From Eledone cirrhosa (lineage: Eukaryota), in assembly GCA_964016885.1 (NCBI GenBank), contig OZ024755.1, positions 9,920,001 through 9,984,000 of the forward strand: 64,000 bases of DNA. Reading direction: 5' to 3'. The stretch's first letter is position 1, and each line of letters opens with the position of its first letter. Positions 51,373-63,348 of this stretch are shown here, one piece after another. The notes beneath the pieces are model-generated. The model ran no database searches, was not told where the DNA came from, and saw nothing but the letters and a program-made list of their open reading frames with translations. A program made the translations under genes and the position numbers.

Positions 51373-52934
51373 TCAGCTTTATTCTATTTCCTATATCATT
51401 CCATTGACCTCTGTATATCAATATAACTGTGTGCACTATCAATTTCTTCTAGTGAGAGAGAGAGAGAGAGAGCAAGCATGAAGTGAGAAAGAGAGACAGG
51501 TAAAGAGTTGAGCCCAGTATTGGACTTGTATGTTATCTATTGACCTCAAATGAATGAAAGGCAAAGTTGACCTCATCAGGATTTGAACTGTCAGTGCAGA
51601 GAGCTGGACTAAATACCACAAAGCATTAATTTTATTTGATGTTGTAACTACCCTATTTTTCACCTTGCTAATCAATATACATAAATGAAATATGTGAAGT
51701 TCTGATCAAACCTGGTTCAGTTCAATATCTAATTAAATATGTAAATTAGTTAATTATATATTGAATATTGAAATTTCAAATATGCAAATTAGACACAATC
51801 ATTTCATTTTTCATATTTTTAACTAGGCTACATTCCTCAATAGATCTGTTAGCCTTTTACTATGTTATGACGATGATGGGGGTGATGATGATGATGAATG
51901 TAACACTTGCAGTATCTATTAACTCACTTGTTTCAATAGAATATTAATAAAAGGTAAAGGGTCCTTAACTCTTGATGAAGTTGTAGGGGGTGCTGTTCTG
52001 ACATGAGTCTTGGGCATTTTAAATCCATCCTTCTGGTCTGAACCCTCTCTTTCTCGCTTCCAGCGAGAGAAAGAGAGGGAAAGAAAGATATAGAGGAAGA
52101 GTCATCCCCAGTACTGGATTGGTGCTTTATTTACATGCATGTACACATCACATACAACACTTGTAATTTAACAAAAAAAAAAAAAATGTTTGTAAGTGGA
52201 AATGTCTTTTGAAATGTCCAAAGAAGAATACAAACCAGGTTATTTATAACACACTTTTTTTTTTTTATAAATAGATTTTGTTTAACAAAAGTTCTTCCAT
52301 AAAGATTATTGTTGAGAAGTTATATAGTTTCTTTACTTTTATGAAGTAAACTTTACAACTATGACACATGTTTTAAATTCCTAGTATCTTACTATACACC
52401 TTTCCTTTTTATATTCCATTGTTGTATGGTGTCTGCACTGAGTCAAAAAGACAGATTTGGGTTTTTTTTTAAATTGTTATGAATGAAATTTACTAATAAT
52501 GTCAGCAAACTTTACATTGAATAAGTCATGATAAACTTCAACCTTTCTGTGACTTTATTTCTCATGAAATCATACTCTATTTCAATTAATTAATGAAATG
52601 TTTTGAGGGATTTACTATTTATTTCTCATTAAATCACACACTATTTCATTATTAAGGTAGTAAATTAAATTAACATATGGTTCTTAAATAAAATTATGTT
52701 GGAAGATTTTAATTTAAATAGGAATTGTTTAAAATGGATGGTTGTGTTTCATAAAGCTAGAGCCAGTGTTAGCTAAGGTGGTATCAAAATAATTAAATGG
52801 TTAAAAATAATAAGAATATAATTAAATCGAGAGGAAAAGGCCATATCCCTCGTTAAAGTAGGAGTTAACTGTGTGGGCCCCATGACAAATTCATACTCAT
52901 CATGGGATCCTTTTCGAAGCAATGTTTTAAGAGT

Positions 52935-53275
52935 AAATGCATGATGCTTAGTGGCTAGGGTGTTGGGTTTATGATCGTAAGGTCATGAGTTCAATTCCTA
53001 GGCTGGAGAGCACCTTGTGTCTTTGAGCAAGACTCTTTATTTCAGTCGACTCAGCTGAAAAAAAATGAGCTGCAACGTCACTGGTGCCAAGCTGCATTGG
53101 TTTTGCTTTACCCTTGGATAACATTGTTGGTGTGGAGAGGGGAGACTTGTATGCATGGGTGAGTGCTGGTCTTCCATGGAACACCTTACCTCGGTTTGTA
53201 ACACAGGGAGGCAAACCCATTCAGTTATGGGTGCATAATTATAATCCATGGCCAGTCATAACTGAAAGTGGCTCT
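52935..53275 (+). mobile_element. tRNA-derived SINE family B
   Basis: A-box-like gcttagtggctagg, B-box-like gagttcaattcc, then tgtgtctttgagcaagact and ctcagctg. Reverse heads at ~2350-2450, 55080-55217, 63220-63348. Confidence 0.75.
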
Positions 53276-53428
53276 TTCCTTATATATATATAAATAAAAT
53301 GTTATAGGGGTTCATATACCCTAATATTAGACTATTTTCTGTAGTCAATATATGGTGAAAGCTTCTAGTTCTATTTTCAAAATTTTCAATTGCCACTGTA
53401 ATTCACACGTGCTTACAAATATATACAC

Positions 53429-53480
<52 letters not shown>

Positions 53481-54746
53481 GCATGGGTGCAGGATTTAAA
53501 CTAATATATTGCTTCATTGTACTGTGTCATTTACTTTACTTCTGTTTACATTTTGCATATATATATATATATATATAATCTAATTACACAAACCTGTTGT
53601 AACGTTTATTCATATATATATATAATAATAATTTACACACACAACAACAAAGCTACTGTTATACTCTCCATAAGAACTCTATCCAAAATGAGATAGCTGC
53701 CAAACTGACTTTTAACCTATTCTCAGCTGGCATTATCTCAGTCTAAAGGATAGTAGGTGTTGTATTGGTTCAATAAATGTATGAGGTAACTGGAATGCTA
53801 TTTTTCTTTTAGTTCTATATATGAGGGTGATGATCAAACCATCTTTCCTTCAATCTCTCCATTTTATCAACAAATGTGAGGAAGGATGCACACCTCTTTA
53901 AGTTTCATGTATCTTCTAAACCAGAAAAATATTCCAATAGATTTTCATTAAAAAAAATAAAATAAAATCGATATATTTGTCGGGTGTTTGTCTTTGTCAC
54001 TCATTATTGATTTCTTTGCCTTACTCTTCAGCTTCGCTTCATTTCACCCCCCCCCCCATCATTACCATCACCATCACCATCTCTACTCTATGATATTCAC
54101 TACATCCTTTCTATCTCTGTCTATCTCTCACTTTCTGCCTTTCTTTCTATCACTTTCTCTCTCCCTCTCTCTGTGTTTTTCTAGCTCTCCTCTCTTTCTA
54201 TCTGTCCTGTATGTTTTTCTATCTCTTTTCTTTCTCTATCTCTCTGTAAATCATTCTTTGTGTTGGTCTCTATATCTATCTCTGTTTCTGTATGTCTTTC
54301 TATTCTCTCTCTATCTTCTCTCTCATTCTCTGTCTATCTCTCTATCTGTTTTCCCCCATCTCTCTATCACTCTCCTCTCCCTCATTCATTACAACTAACA
54401 CTCTCTCTATATATTGTTAACTCTCTCCCATTCAATATTTTCCAGTTTATCATCACACATTTCATCCAATTTTCTCACCTTCTATCTACACCCCACCTTT
54501 TTCTCTCTCTCTCTGGTTTTCAATCCGTTCCTCTAGACACTATCTCTCCCAATACATCCATATCTACATTGCTCAGTCCAAAACACATTTATTTATTATT
54601 TAAACATAAAATCTAACATGTTTCCCCTTACTTTCACTTTCCATTCTGAAAAGAAATATAGTCATTCCAACGTAAATGACTATAATAACTGTGGATCACT
54701 ATAAATACTAATATACATATATAAACAACTCTTGCACAGGAAAAGC

Positions 54747-54784
54747 GTCTTTATGTTTCAGACACTAGTCCTTCATCAGAAGAT
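54747..54784 (-). ncRNA. Minimal type-I hammerhead-like motif (Penelope-type)
   Basis: Minus strand: tctt-CTGATGA-a-GGAC-tagt-GTCT-GAAAC-a-T-A-aaga. Decayed paralog at ~37218-37255 (+). Confidence 0.55.
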
Positions 54785-54872
54785 AGAATGCGAAACAAAA
54801 AAATAGAGTGAGGAGTGGCCAAAAAAATGTATACAAACACACACAATTCTTCCATTTATTTATATATAATAT

Positions 54873-55217
54873 ATCATCGTCATCATCGTCATTTACGTCC
54901 GCTTTTTCCCTGCTTGCAAGGGTGGGACGGGAACTGATTCTGACTTGATTTCTACAGCTGGATGCTCTTCCTAACACCAACCTCAGTTACAGTGAGTGCT
55001 GGGTGCTTTTTTTGCCGTGGCACCTCCATGACCACTTTGCAGTGGAATGATATGAACCCCAGTCCCTATCATCTCATTTCTACAGCTGAGTAAACTGGAG
55101 CAATGTGAAATAAAGTGTCTTGCTCAAAGAAACAGCACATCACCCGGTCTGAGAATTGAACTCACAACCATTCGATTGCAAGGCCAATGCTCTAACCACT
55201 AAGCCATGTGCCTCCAT
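54873..55217 (-). mobile_element. Composite SINE: family B tRNA head, family D body, RTE 3' tail
   Basis: Head 55217-55080. Tail 54893-54931 is nearly identical to the RTE 3' end at 18815-18852. Confidence 0.75.
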
Positions 55218-55594
55218 ATATATATACACATACACACACATGCAATTCTTCCATTTATATATATATATATATGTATATATATACACATACACACACACGC
55301 AATTCTTCCACATATATATATATATATATGTATATAAATATATATATGTATATGTATGTGTGTGTACACACACACACACAACACTTCCATTTCTATTTGA
55401 CCTGTCTGACTCTCCAGATACAACCAATTTCATTGATTGGCTGTTTAATCTCCTACTTTCTCTCTCTCTCCCCTCACCTCAACCACACACACCTGAGCTG
55501 TAGAGCTGTAGAATCAAACAGGTTGTTTTCTTTCCTTCCACTTTACACATTTGCTTCAAAAACATACAGTAGACAAGTGGGGAGAACTGATGAG

Positions 55595-55950
55595 TTGGAC
55601 TGGATTTGGACTGACTCTTTCAGTTCATCTCTCTCTGGACTGGCTCTTTCACCACATCTCTCTCTCTGGACTGGTTCTTTCAGTACATCTCTCTGGACTG
55701 GTTCTTTCAGTACATCTCTGGACTCGTTCTTTCAGTACATCTCTGGACTCGTTCTTTCAGTTCATCACTCTCTCTGGACTGATTCTTTAAGTAAATCTCT
55801 CTCTGGACTGATTCTTTCCGCACATCTCTCTCTCTGGACTTGTTCTTTCAGTACATCTCTCTCTGGACTGGTTCTTTCATCACATCTCTCTCTGGACTGG
55901 TTCTTTCATCACATCTCTCTCTGGACTGGTTCTTTCAGCACATCTCTCTG
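55595..55950. repeat. ~26-30-bp minisatellite (~12 copies)
   Basis: (ct)n-ggactggttctttcagtacat units with a variable CT tract. Confidence 0.9.
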
Positions 55951-55964
55951 CTAAAAAAAAAGAT

Positions 55965-56740
55965 TTACAGCTCACACCTATGTAGGCTTAGTTGATCCCT
56001 GCTTATGTGGCTGTATCTCATAGGTTTCTTAGGTGTTTTAATGTTAAGGGCCCCAGTCTTATGTTGTTACAGTTCATACCTATATAGATTTAACTGGTCT
56101 GCTATGAGTTTGCATGTCATAAGAGGTTTTTTAGGTGTTTTAATGATAGGGGCCCCAGTCATTACAGTTCAGCTGGCATGAAATGAGGTTGTATCTTATA
56201 GAATGTTTCTTGGGTGTTTTAATGATAGGGGTCCCAGTCTTATGCTGTTACAGTTTATGTAGGTTTAGCTGGCCTGCAACAAGGTTGTATCTCACAAGAG
56301 GCTTATTGGGTGTTTTAACCCTTTAGCATTCAAACCGGCCAGAATTCTCTCACTTCTTTCTGTTCAAACCAGCCTAACTAGCCACTCATACTGATGTTAA
56401 CATATTGTTCTGAAAATAAATAATATTAAAATCTCATTGATTCAATATAATTGTTTCTACTTTAGGCACAAGGCCAGCAATTACCCAGTGCCTTACTGGT
56501 ACTTTATTTTATCGACCCCGTAAAATCTCATCGATTCAATATAATGTGAGATAATTATGTAAGATAAAGCCTTTACTTTGAAAATACAATGGTAAATATA
56601 GAATAATGTAAACGCTAAAGGGTTAATGATTGGAGTCCCAGCCTTATGCTGTTACAGTGAAACCTATGTAGGTTTAGCTGGCCTGCTATGAGGTGGTATC
56701 TCATAGAAGGTTTCTTGGTGTTTAAATGATAGGTGTGAGC
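55965..56740. repeat. Diverged ~90-105-bp tandem repeat (x5) interrupted by MITE B
   Basis: ggtttagctggcctgc...gtatctcata...ggtgttttaatgataggggccccagtcttatg.tgttacagt. Confidence 0.8.
56315..56626 (-). mobile_element. piggyBac-like MITE B containing a truncated SINE A (56452-56520)
   Basis: TTAA duplicated relative to the empty repeat units. SINE TSD is 25 bp (56427-56451 / 56521-56545, 1 mismatch). Confidence 0.9.
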
Positions 56741-57172
56741 TGTAACAATGACAACAAATGAGATAGTGTTATGAATTGATGGTTTTATTCTTTTACTCTT
56801 TTGTTTCATGCTCAGTTTATTACTCCTCACACAACAAACAATTAACAATTTCTACTTTACAATCGATTACTAATACTGATTGATATTATTGGCTGATATT
56901 TCTAAATGGAAAACTCATTGATAAATAATTGATAGATAAATTGATCAATTCTATTTCGGAAATAACCATGCTCTCTCAGTTTTAGAAACCATTATGGTTG
57001 ACTGTGTTAAAAATGATTTTATATTTTGTTGTTTATCTTCAATACCATCAACACTACCACCACAATCATTATCATCATCATTATCATCATTTAACATCTG
57101 TTTTCCCGACCAGCAAGACTTAAATAGGTTATCACAGACCAAGTCAGTACTTAGTCAGAGCTACTGATATCT

Positions 57173-57390
57173 CTAACCCTTTAGCATTCACATTACTCTA
57201 TATATACTATTATATTTTCATGGTAAAGGCTTTACCTCGCATAATTATCTCACATAATATCGAATCTATGAGATTTTGAAAGTATTTATTTTGAGAACAA
57301 TACCTGAACATCAGTTTGAGCAACCAGTTACAGCCAGTTTCAACAGAAAGAAGTAGAGAATTCTGGCCGGTTTGAACATTAAAGGGTTAA
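57173..57390 (+). mobile_element. piggyBac-like MITE family B
   Basis: ctaa-ccctttagc ... taaaggg-TTAA; very similar to 23955-24181. Confidence 0.9.
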
Positions 57391-60139
57391 CAGACCAGGC
57401 CTAGAGGTCCACAGATTGCACCGAGTCCATTTTATCATGGCACCAACACAAGTTTTCTGTGGTTAGACGCTGTTCCTATTATTAACCACTTTACTGTACA
57501 GGGTGTGTTTATCATGTCACCAACACTAGAGAGGTTGTTGTGCCCTTCACACAGCAGAGGAGTTCTCTTGACCCTTTATTTGGCATTGTTTCTACAATTG
57601 TATGCCCTTCCTACCACCTACCAACTTACAGGGTGTATTGGGTGCATTGTTCATGACACCAACACTACAGAATTTGTTGTGTTATAACTGAAGAACTGTA
57701 CTCTGTTTATTATCCACTGTACTTTATTTTCTATCGACTGCAGTCTCTTACTGTTACTGTACTCTGTTTATTATACAGTATAGTCTCCTCTTTACTGCTG
57801 TTCTCTAATCAGTTCTTCCTCTTCTGTTCATTGCATAACTTTCCCCTTTCCCTTTCTTCTGTACTATCTCTCTCTCTCATCTCCTTGTATATCTGTCTCT
57901 TTATTCCTGTCTTCTCCCTATTCTCTTTCTTTTGCTCTATAATCTCTACATGTATGTTCCTCTTCCTCTTTTCATTCCCTTTTCTGTGATCACCTGTTAC
58001 CTTCCTCACTCTATCTAAATCTCTAATATTCTCCCTCTCTCCTTCCACATTTCTCTATTTATATCTCTAATATTCTCCCCTCTCTCTCCACCTTCTTCAC
58101 TCTATCATACTCTCTCCTCACACCCTCTATATCTCTAATATTCTCCTCTCTCTCTACCCTCTTCACCATATCTCTGTCATACTCTTCCCCTCTATCTACA
58201 TCTCTAATACTCTCCCCCTCTCTTTACATCTCTAATATACATATATTCTCTCTCTCCATCTTATTTCTTCCTATGTTTTGTGTTAGTTCCCTGTTTATTT
58301 TTGGCAACATTCTTCATAATTATTTCTATTTCGTGTTTTTTTTCTTTTTTTTTATGTGTTTGTATCTTGCTTACAGTCTTTTCTTCTGTGTATGTAATAC
58401 CTGTCTGTCTGTCTGTCTGTATCTGTTTATGTCTGTGTTTGTCTCTTTCACTCAGTCTCTCTCTCTCTCTACAGAGTTGTTTACACCACACTACACTTAC
58501 AACATAGTTATCTGCTTAGCAATGCTTGCCAGTAAATATAATAACCAGCTGACTCTGTGTTTGTGTATGTATGTGTGTGTGTAAGTGTATGTGTACTGTA
58601 TTATCTTATGTATCAGGTGACACAGCCAGTGGTAGAAAAAGCCGAACCAAACCAAAACCAAACCAAACCAAACCAAACCAAAGCCATACCAAACCAACCA
58701 TCTTACATCATAACCAGTCTCCTACAGAATGGCTTTTTTTTATCTCTATTATTTTGTTGTTGCTTATGAGAAGTTCTCGTTGGCACTGGCTGTTTGTTAA
58801 CTGTTAAGAGGTAACAGCAACAGCAAATGTTTAAACATTCATTAACATTTCTATAAGGCCTGCTGTTGTTGTTGTCATCATGGCAAGATTTCACTGGTGC
58901 TATGCTATATTCTACATAATTACTTTACAAATTACACTGTAACTTTATCAAAAATATTGGGACGTGAGACTATGCACAATCTGTTGGAATGACTGTTGTA
59001 GTTGTTATTGTTGTCTGTTATATTTCATTCATATTTCTTTCGTTTGCACACACACACACGTCTATTTTTACTTGCAATTGTTTTCTATACAACACTACAC
59101 ACACATACACACAGATAGTTGCAGCTCTAGAATTCAGCACGCTAGTGTGATACTCACCACAGACCAAATTAGCTTTTGCAAATAACTCTTCTACTTGTAC
59201 AATATATATATAGTATAGTTGTTATGAAGCATTGTGAGATATGTAATAAATGATTGATAGGTATTTCAGAAAGCCGGTACAATGCAGTAGAAATATATAA
59301 AGGGTAAAGGATAACAAACAAAACAAAGTAATGTTTTTCCTAGTATATTTCAACATATTTCGGCGTTAATGCCCTCTTTTCAAATGCAAAAAAAAAAAAA
59401 ATGATGCAAAACAAAAATGAACAATGTGTTTTTCCCTACCGCATTGTACTGGCTTTCTAAAATACTTATCATCATGGCTTTTACGTTGTTTTTTCTACAT
59501 TTGCATGGGTTGGACGGATCCTTTTCAACACAACATCTCTCCACAACCTCTGTAATGCTGGTGTCATGATAAATTGTCCTTGATAGAATGTGGAAACCAT
59601 ATGAAAGCAAAATGCGAACCTCTAACCTGTCTGGGGGGATCAGTAGCAATGCATGAGTACCGACTCAGATTGAAGGCTCAGCCAACTCTTGCTAGCAGGG
59701 AAAACGTATGTTGAATGATGATGGTGGTGATGATGATCATGAATTTATTCTTACAAAATGATTGTATGTGAACAGCTCTTCGTAGCAAAACGAGATGTTC
59801 ATTTTGTAAGAATAGATCATGACAAATGTGTGTGTGTGTGTGTGTGTCTGTGTCTGTCTGTCTGTGTGTCTTAGCCGGGAAGTAGATAGATAAAGTAATT
59901 GAGGTAGTTAGGATATGTAAAAGAATGATCTTAGATCAGTTGTAGGCAATACTACAACAATTATTTTTTCCACTTAACCACAATCTCGGATCTGACTAAT
60001 GAGCAAAAGGATCATTTCTATGTGGACTACCTCATTAAAAAGTTACAGTGGCTTCGTTATCATGGCTGATGTACTTTAATGGACATTGTGGACACTACCA
60101 AGATGTCTACTGTAGAGTACAGAGTGGACTATACCGAGG

Positions 60140-60675
60140 TGGCTGTAGCAAAATGCTCCCAGTTTGCTCTGTAAAGTAGTAGTTTTGGTATCATGATAAA
60201 ATGCACCCTGAATGCTCTGTAAGGTAGTAGTGTTGGTGTCATGATAAAATGCACCCAGTTTGCTCTGTAAAGTGGTAGTGCTGGTGTCATGATAAAATGC
60301 ACCCTGAATGCTCTGTAAGGTAGTAGTGTTGGTTTCATGATAAAATGCACCCAGTCTGCTCTGTAAAGTGGTAGTGCTGGTGTCATGATAAAATGCACCC
60401 AGTCTGCTCTGTAAAGTGGTAGTGTTGGTGTCATGATGCACCCAGTCTACTTTGTAATGTGGAAATGACATTCCAATGATAAAATACACGCAGTATATGC
60501 TGTAAAGTGGTTGGTGTTAGGAAAGGTATTCAGCCGTAGAGACGATACTAAAATAAAAATGTATGAGGAAGACATGGTCATTTGATCTGTCAAATCTCAG
60601 TACATGATATCCCACCTAACCCATGGCGATATAGAAAAAGGAAGTAAAACTGACGATGATGATGATGATGATGAA
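60140..60675 (+). mobile_element. SINE-like family D with expanded 48-bp tandem units (~7)
   Basis: atgataaaatgcacc...ctctgtaaagtggtagtg.tggtgtc repeats at 60193, 60241, 60289 etc.; (GAT)n tail. Confidence 0.85.
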
Positions 60676-60922
60676 ACGATCTCGTAATCTCTAATTGTAA
60701 TTAAACATACTAGCAGAAAAACCAGCCTTCGGGTGGTTTTCTGCTAGCATGTGTAGTGTGTATATTGATATTATACGCAAGTCTATATACATGTAGATAT
60801 GATACATCAAATAAAATCGTAATTGACAATATAAACAGAAATTGAACGAAGACGTTGTTACACTGTTGTTACCATGATACATTAAAAAAGACGATATTAT
60901 ATATAAACTGATATATATAAAC

Positions 60923-61084
60923 ATAGAGTCGGACGCCATGCTTTGACGCATAGAGTTACGCCCCTTGCCATTCTGAGTTCAATCCCGCCAAGGTTAACTT
61001 TGCCTTTCATCCTTACGGGGTCGATAAAATAAAGTACCAGTAATGCACTGGATAATTGCTGGCCTTGTGCCAAACGTAGAAACA
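60923..61084 (+). mobile_element. SINE family A (short subfamily, 5'-truncated)
   Basis: 15-bp TSD attatatataaactg (60896-60910, 61085-61099). Confidence 0.9.
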
Positions 61085-61351
61085 ATTATATATAAACTGC
61101 ATTAGGAGAAAATTAGTGACAGAAAATTAGTATGTTTATTTAAGTGATCGTCACCGGAAGTGTTGACATCACACACTCTCTCTTTCTATATATAAGGTAG
61201 TTGAAGTGGTGGTGGTGGTGGTGGTGGTGGCAATGATATACCGGAAGTGCAACTTTGAAAAGAAGTCAATTTTAAATTATTTATTTTTACGAAATTATTT
61301 TTGTTTACGAAATTTAGTAGATAAATTATGTAATATTCACTCATTTATTCA

Positions 61352-61530
61352 TGGCAGTATCAGTAGAGGGTCGGAAACCATGCTTTGACGCATAGAGTTA
61401 CGCCCCTTGTTATTCTGAGTTCAAATCCCGCCGAGGTTAACTTTGCCTTTCATCCTTAAGAGGTCGATAAAATAAAGTACCAGTAATGTACTGGGTATTT
61501 GCTGGCGTTGTGCCAAAAGTAGAAACAATT
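61352..61530 (+). mobile_element. SINE family A (short subfamily)
   Basis: 9-bp TSD atttattca (61343-61351, 61531-61539). Confidence 0.9.
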
Positions 61531-63219
61531 ATTTATTCAAAGTAATCCAACTTATTTTACTAACGGGATAAAAAAAAATAAACCGTACGCAGTCTCGCAG
61601 ACCTTCCTTTATTATAGTTTAGATTATGTGGTGTGGCAGAATCTGACAACCACTGAAATATATTATGTAATTAAGTTATCAATATGAGCTCATAACACTG
61701 TAGTTTTTATTTTTTATTTTCTGAAAGTAATAATAGGTTTAGTTATATTAGTATATCCTCTGCCCCTCACTCTCCCCCACCTCTCATAGTTTTTAACATT
61801 AGAATAAGTAGACTTTATGTACAAAAATAGAAATTTAGTTGATTAGTTCTTCTTATCAGTCAATTGCTACTATCTATATAAGTATTTCTTGTGGTGGCAA
61901 TGTCAACGTGATATTTAAATTTCTTGCTTGTTCTATTATTCATGCTAAATTTATCAATGTTTAATAATTGTACTAATTGTATCATGGCAAAGAGATAATG
62001 GGAGTGTTCTTATCAACAGCTCACATATTGGCTTGCACATAAGAAGAGAACACGTTGTGATGTAATTTTTTTGTAGTCTAATTTTATTGTTGTTAGGAAT
62101 GGCCTCATAGCATGCTGTGTATCCTGTGTATTATTATCATCATCATTATTATGTATTGTCTATTTTTCTATGCTGACATGAGCTGGAAGGGTCATCAGAG
62201 ATCAAGTCAGCATGTAATTGGAGCTATTTGTCTTTCCCAGATGGGCTAGAGAGCCATGTCTCATTTACGTATGTGTTAGTTTTTGGCATGTGTTTTTACA
62301 GCTGGATGCCCTTCCTAACACTGATCACTTTATAGAGTGTACCAGGTACATTTTATTGTGGCACTAACACTAGCACTACAGAAGTTGTTTTTGACACAAC
62401 TGAAGAGTCTTCAAAACCCTTTGTTTGGCATGTTTATTTATAGCTGGATGTTCTTCTTAATACCAATCACTTTGCAGAGTGTACTGGGTGTATTTTATTA
62501 TGGAACTAGCACTAGAGAGGTTCTCATGTCAAACTTCCTACCATTTTAATTTATATACTAGCTAACCCCGTGGAAAATCCATATTTTAATTAGAAACAGC
62601 CACCAAGTATTGAAGATCAGTATGACATTTTAAATGTTTTATTTATAAATTACACACACACACAAATAATATAATTATTCTGAGATAAAAGAAAAAATTC
62701 TTATATACACTCTTACGATCCCCTTTCCATAAAGACTTGTTTCAGCATGGATTGGAATGGCTATTCCGATGTGTCCCTCTCATCAACCTCCGGGTCAATG
62801 TTATCTCTATTATGTCCCCTGGGGTCACAAAGTGTCCTTCACATGGGCTCCCCCACACAAGAGAACGTTCCTCAACCTCCGTCTGTGCCCACACCACTGG
62901 GGTAGCATTTCTGATAATGTTGATACTTTAAGGAGTTAATCTAACTAGAAACTGAGTTCTTTGTAAAAAGGTTTAGTTTAGCAGACAACAGTTAATTGCA
63001 CTAAAACACATGCGTTAAATAATCAATTATAGTGTTTGCCTCCCCCTCTTTATCACCACCCTCTCCGACAATGCCATCACTTTTAGCAGTAACTACAGTT
63101 CTCAGTAGATCATACACGTGTGTGTGTTTGAGTCTATGGCGGTGACTAGCGCGTCACCTCATTAGTTCATTGCAGGGGTTAGCCTCTAGTGACTACTGCT
63201 GGCGTTCATTCATTTCCCA

Positions 63220-63348
63220 ACTGACTGGACAGGAGCCACGTGAAATGAAGCGTCTTGCTCAAGAACACAACGCTCCGCTCGGTCCAGCAATCGAACCCTC
63301 GTCGCTATGATGGTGAGACGAACACCCTAACCTCTAGGCCAAGCACCT
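63220..63348 (-). mobile_element. SINE family B head
   Basis: gtgaaatgaagcgtcttgctcaagaacacaacgc...aatcgaaccc...cctaacctctaggcca. Confidence 0.75.

Larger units (their letters stand above)
60706..61625 (+). mobile_element. Helitron/Helentron-like non-autonomous element with two SINE insertions
   Basis: Starts tactagcagaaaaaccagcc-ttcg-ggtggttttctgctag (hairpin), has an internal (GGT)n, and ends gcagaccttcctttattatagtttagat. No TSD seen. Confidence 0.45.

Noticed and set aside
52935-53010. tRNA gene
   Set aside because: A/B boxes are present but there is no intact cloverleaf; it continues into a SINE body with multiple copies.
55208-55954. 248-aa ORF (longest in window)
   Set aside because: Microsatellite plus minisatellite read-through with no domain features.
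60708-60748. Rho-independent terminator / UUCG ncRNA hairpin
   Set aside because: Eukaryotic DNA with no U-tract; better explained as the terminal hairpin of a Helitron-like element.
61150-61255. Promoter from two ACCGGAAGTG ETS motifs
   Set aside because: Both lie inside the putative Helitron-like repeat; there is no exon evidence.
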